From Vulcanimicrobiota bacterium (GTDB taxonomy: Bacteria; Vulcanimicrobiota; Vulcanimicrobiia; Vulcanimicrobiales; Vulcanimicrobiaceae), in NCBI GenBank assembly GCA_963795855.1, contig CAWCIZ010000002.1, forward strand, positions 352,001 to 416,000: a DNA stretch of 64,000 bases, read 5' to 3'. Below, one piece after another: positions 61,712-64,000 of the stretch. The number at the start of each line of letters is the position of its first letter. Within the stretch, counting starts at the first letter, position 1. The notes under the pieces were generated by a model, which was not told where the DNA came from, made no database searches, and was given only the letters and a program-made list of their open reading frames with translations. Made by a program: the position numbers and the translations under genes.

Positions 61712-63329
61712 CGAGCGACACCCAGTACTCGGCGTTCTTTTGTCCGCCGAAGTAGTAGTCCACGTCGGCAGCGGGGAACGCGCGCCGCAACTCTTCCGCC
61801 AAGCGTTGCGCATCTTTTTCTTTCTGCGCGCCGCCGTAATACACCGTAATCAAGCCTCCGCTACGAGCACCCATCGCTTCCAGCGCCGTTTGCGCCGCAT
61901 CAGTCAGCGTTCCGCCGCCGAACAATCGCGCTTCGTCACCGCGAACGATCGCCGCCGGCTTCCCCTGCGCCACGCTCGTTCCACCCACCGTTGCATCCTT
62001 CCCCGCAAAGAACACTTGGGCGCTGCGCGTGCGGTTCGCCGCCTCCAGCACTTCGGACGTTTCGGGCGTCGCATCGCCGCGGGAGCGAAGCGCGAGCAGG
62101 CCGGCAATCCCGCCGACGACGTCCGCCGTGGGCACGACGTGCACTGCAAGCCCGCCGCCGCTGCGCGCGGCTTGCTCCAGGCGAAGAGCGGCGGCTTCCT
62201 TAGCGGCGAGCGCGATGTTTTTGTCGTTCACGAATAGGAACACGGTGTTCGACATGCATTTGGTGAGGGCCAGCAGCAAGTCGCGAACGCTCGGGTTCTG
62301 CGCAGCCGGCACGGTGACTTCCGCGCCCAGCTCTTTGGCGATGCGCTCGAAGCCGGCGCCCGGCACGACCGCCACCGCGGAGTACGCGGCTTCCGGCCGC
62401 TCGACGACCAGCACGTTGTGCTGCTGCTCCATGTTGTCGACTTTCGCGCGCGTCAGCTCGCCGTGCTTTGCCGCGATCGCCTTCACGCCTTCGGGATTGT
62501 CCGTATGAATGTGCACCTTCAGCGTGGGCGGCGCGCCCGCGACGATGAGTGAGTCGCCTCTTTGCGCGAGCAAATCTCGCAGATCGACGGCCGAGCACCC
62601 CGCCTTTTCCAGAATGAACTCCGTACAGTACTTGTTTTCGCCCACGATCTGCGCCGCCGTGAAAACGCGCTCTTTAATGGGGCGCCTGGGGAATGCGGTG
62701 GACCGCACTTTGATGTCGGGAAGAAAGCGCAGAACGCCTTCGAGAAAATACACGAATCCTGCGCCCCCGGAGTCGACTACGCCCGCTTCTTTCAAAACGG
62801 GGAGTTGATCGGGCGTCCGATCGAGCGCGTCGTTCGCCGAGCGCAGCATGCCGTTCGCGAGCCGGTAAAAATCCGGTTCATGCAATGCTAGCCGGTACGC
62901 GGAGTCCGCGGCCGCCTCGGCGACGGAGATGATCGTGCCGTCGACGACCTGCACGAGTGCTTGCCTTGCCGCCTGCACCCCTTCCCGCATGCCCGTCGCA
63001 AGCATGAAGGTGTCGATTTCCGAACGGTGCCGCACGTGATGCGCGAAGCCGCGCAGCATTTGCGAAATGATGACGCCGGAATTCCCCCGCGCTCCCATCA
63101 GCGCCCCGCGTGCCGCCGCGGCCGCGACCTCGGAGAGCGGATGTCCCGCAACTTTGCCCGCCTCCAGGGCAGCCTGGCGGCAGGTCAGGTACATGTTCGT
63201 CCCCGTGTCCCCGTCCGGCACCGGAAAGACGTTGAGGTCGTTGAGGACGTCGCGGTACTTTCTGAGGAAGTACGAACCCGCCGTAACGAACTTGGCGTAC
63301 GCTCGGCCGTCGAGGACGGTGACATCCAT
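61704..63329 (-). CDS. DAK2-domain fatty acid kinase subunit (FakA/YloV-like)
   Basis: LNVFPVPDGDTGTNM, GARGNSGVI.SQ, GVVDSGG, YCTEF, KVHIHT, GGQ. Confidence 0.93.
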   Translation of the reverse strand: MDVTVLDGRAYAKFVTAGSYFLRKYRDVLNDLNVFPVPDGDTGTNMYLTCRQAALEAGKVAGHPLSEVAAAAARGALMGARGNSGVIISQMLRGFAHHVRHRSEIDTFMLATGMREGVQAARQALVQVVDGTIISVAEAAADSAYRLALHEPDFYRLANGMLRSANDALDRTPDQLPVLKEAGVVDSGGAGFVYFLEGVLRFLPDIKVRSTAFPRRPIKERVFTAAQIVGENKYCTEFILEKAGCSAVDLRDLLAQRGDSLIVAGAPPTLKVHIHTDNPEGVKAIAAKHGELTRAKVDNMEQQHNVLVVERPEAAYSAVAVVPGAGFERIAKELGAEVTVPAAQNPSVRDLLLALTKCMSNTVFLFVNDKNIALAAKEAAALRLEQAARSGGGLAVHVVPTADVVGGIAGLLALRSRGDATPETSEVLEAANRTRSAQVFFAGKDATVGGTSVAQGKPAAIVRGDEARLFGGGTLTDAAQTALEAMGARSGGLITVYYGGAQKEKDAQRLAEELRRAFPAADVDYYFGGQKNAEYWVSLDE

Positions 63330-63463
63330 GGGCCGCACCGGTTCTAGGCTTGGCGTCCGGTGCCTGTCCGGTGGTTGTCAACGCCCGGGCGCCATGGTAA
63401 TCTACCAGGGTTGCCCGGGGTGCATCCGCCCTTGGCTCCGAGCAATTTTCGAAAGGTTTGACG

Positions 63464-63655
63464 ATGGCCAAGCGCTGCGAAGTCTGCAACAAGGGCCCGA
63501 TGGCGGGCAATAACGTCAGTCACGCGATGAACAAGACGAAGCGCCGCTGGCTTCCGAATCTGCAGTCCATTAAGATCAACGACCGCGGAACGGCCCGCAC
63601 TGCGCGCGTCTGCACGTCGTGCCTGCGCGCGAAAAGAGTCACGCGCGCCGTCTGA
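63464..63655 (+). CDS. rpmB: 50S ribosomal protein L28
   Basis: [29 protein letters not shown]...VCTSCLR. Confidence 0.97.
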   Translation: MAKRCEVCNKGPMAGNNVSHAMNKTKRRWLPNLQSIKINDRGTARTARVCTSCLRAKRVTRAV

Positions 63656-63667
63656 TCTGAATCACCC

Positions 63668-63904
63668 TTACGCTACCAGCAAACGGCGGCCGGCGAGGCC
63701 GCCGTTTTCATTTGCCTCTAAACCGGGCAACAGCTCGGCATGGAACGACAAGCGGACGAAAAGCACGGCATTTTCGATGACGACGATCTCGACACGGCGA
63801 TCGCGAACGCTGACGACACGGGCATGGTGAGATCGCAGCAGGTCATCGTCGAAGAGCAACTGGAGAACCCGCGGCCGCAAGACGACACTAGTACGTAAAT
63901 TCAC
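63668..63904 (-). CDS. Hypothetical protein
   Basis: 78-aa ORF convergent with rpmB; no motif recognised. Confidence 0.3.
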   Translation of the reverse strand: MNLRTSVVLRPRVLQLLFDDDLLRSHHARVVSVRDRRVEIVVIENAVLFVRLSFHAELLPGLEANENGGLAGRRLLVA

Positions 63905-64000
63905 GCTCGGCAGTCTGCGCGGGCCGCACTACGTGTTGTCGTCGCCGATCCGCCGCGGCGGCATACGCGCAGAGCCGAGCAGAACAATCGAGGTAGGGCG

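Overview
GC-rich bacterial chromosomal window, mostly core genes on the minus strand. It holds the flagellar fliF-fliG-fliH-fliI block, purA, a GH125 hydrolase, hpt, a two-component pair, an RND transporter, an ECF41-like sigma factor, recA/recX/ftsY and a reductase-cheR-cheB-fliA-fliK-flhX block. Further on are soluble and membrane pyrophosphatases, a lemA-TPM cluster, the rpmG-secE-nusG-rplKA...rplJL cluster broken up by inserted genes, six tRNAs, and a Firmicute-like PIN/TRAM-ispD-ispF-(gltX position)-cysE-cysS-rlmB-sigH block preceded by fakA-plsX-degV-hemW. The gene content suggests a Terrabacteria lineage, perhaps Eremiobacterota; this is inference only. Many genes, including essential ones (rplK, cysS), carry single-base frameshifts, most simply read as uncorrected long-read indels. 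Main oddities: (1) a stand-alone GluRS anticodon-binding domain with no catalytic domain, sitting exactly at the gltX position; (2) two structured intergenic repeat families, one overlapping the predicted starts of fliG and purA; (3) an fRMsr-hemerythrin fusion; (4) a histidine kinase with a degenerate GGDEF-like input domain; (5) well-spaced sigma28-type and ECF41-type promoter motifs whose cognate sigma genes are in the same window.
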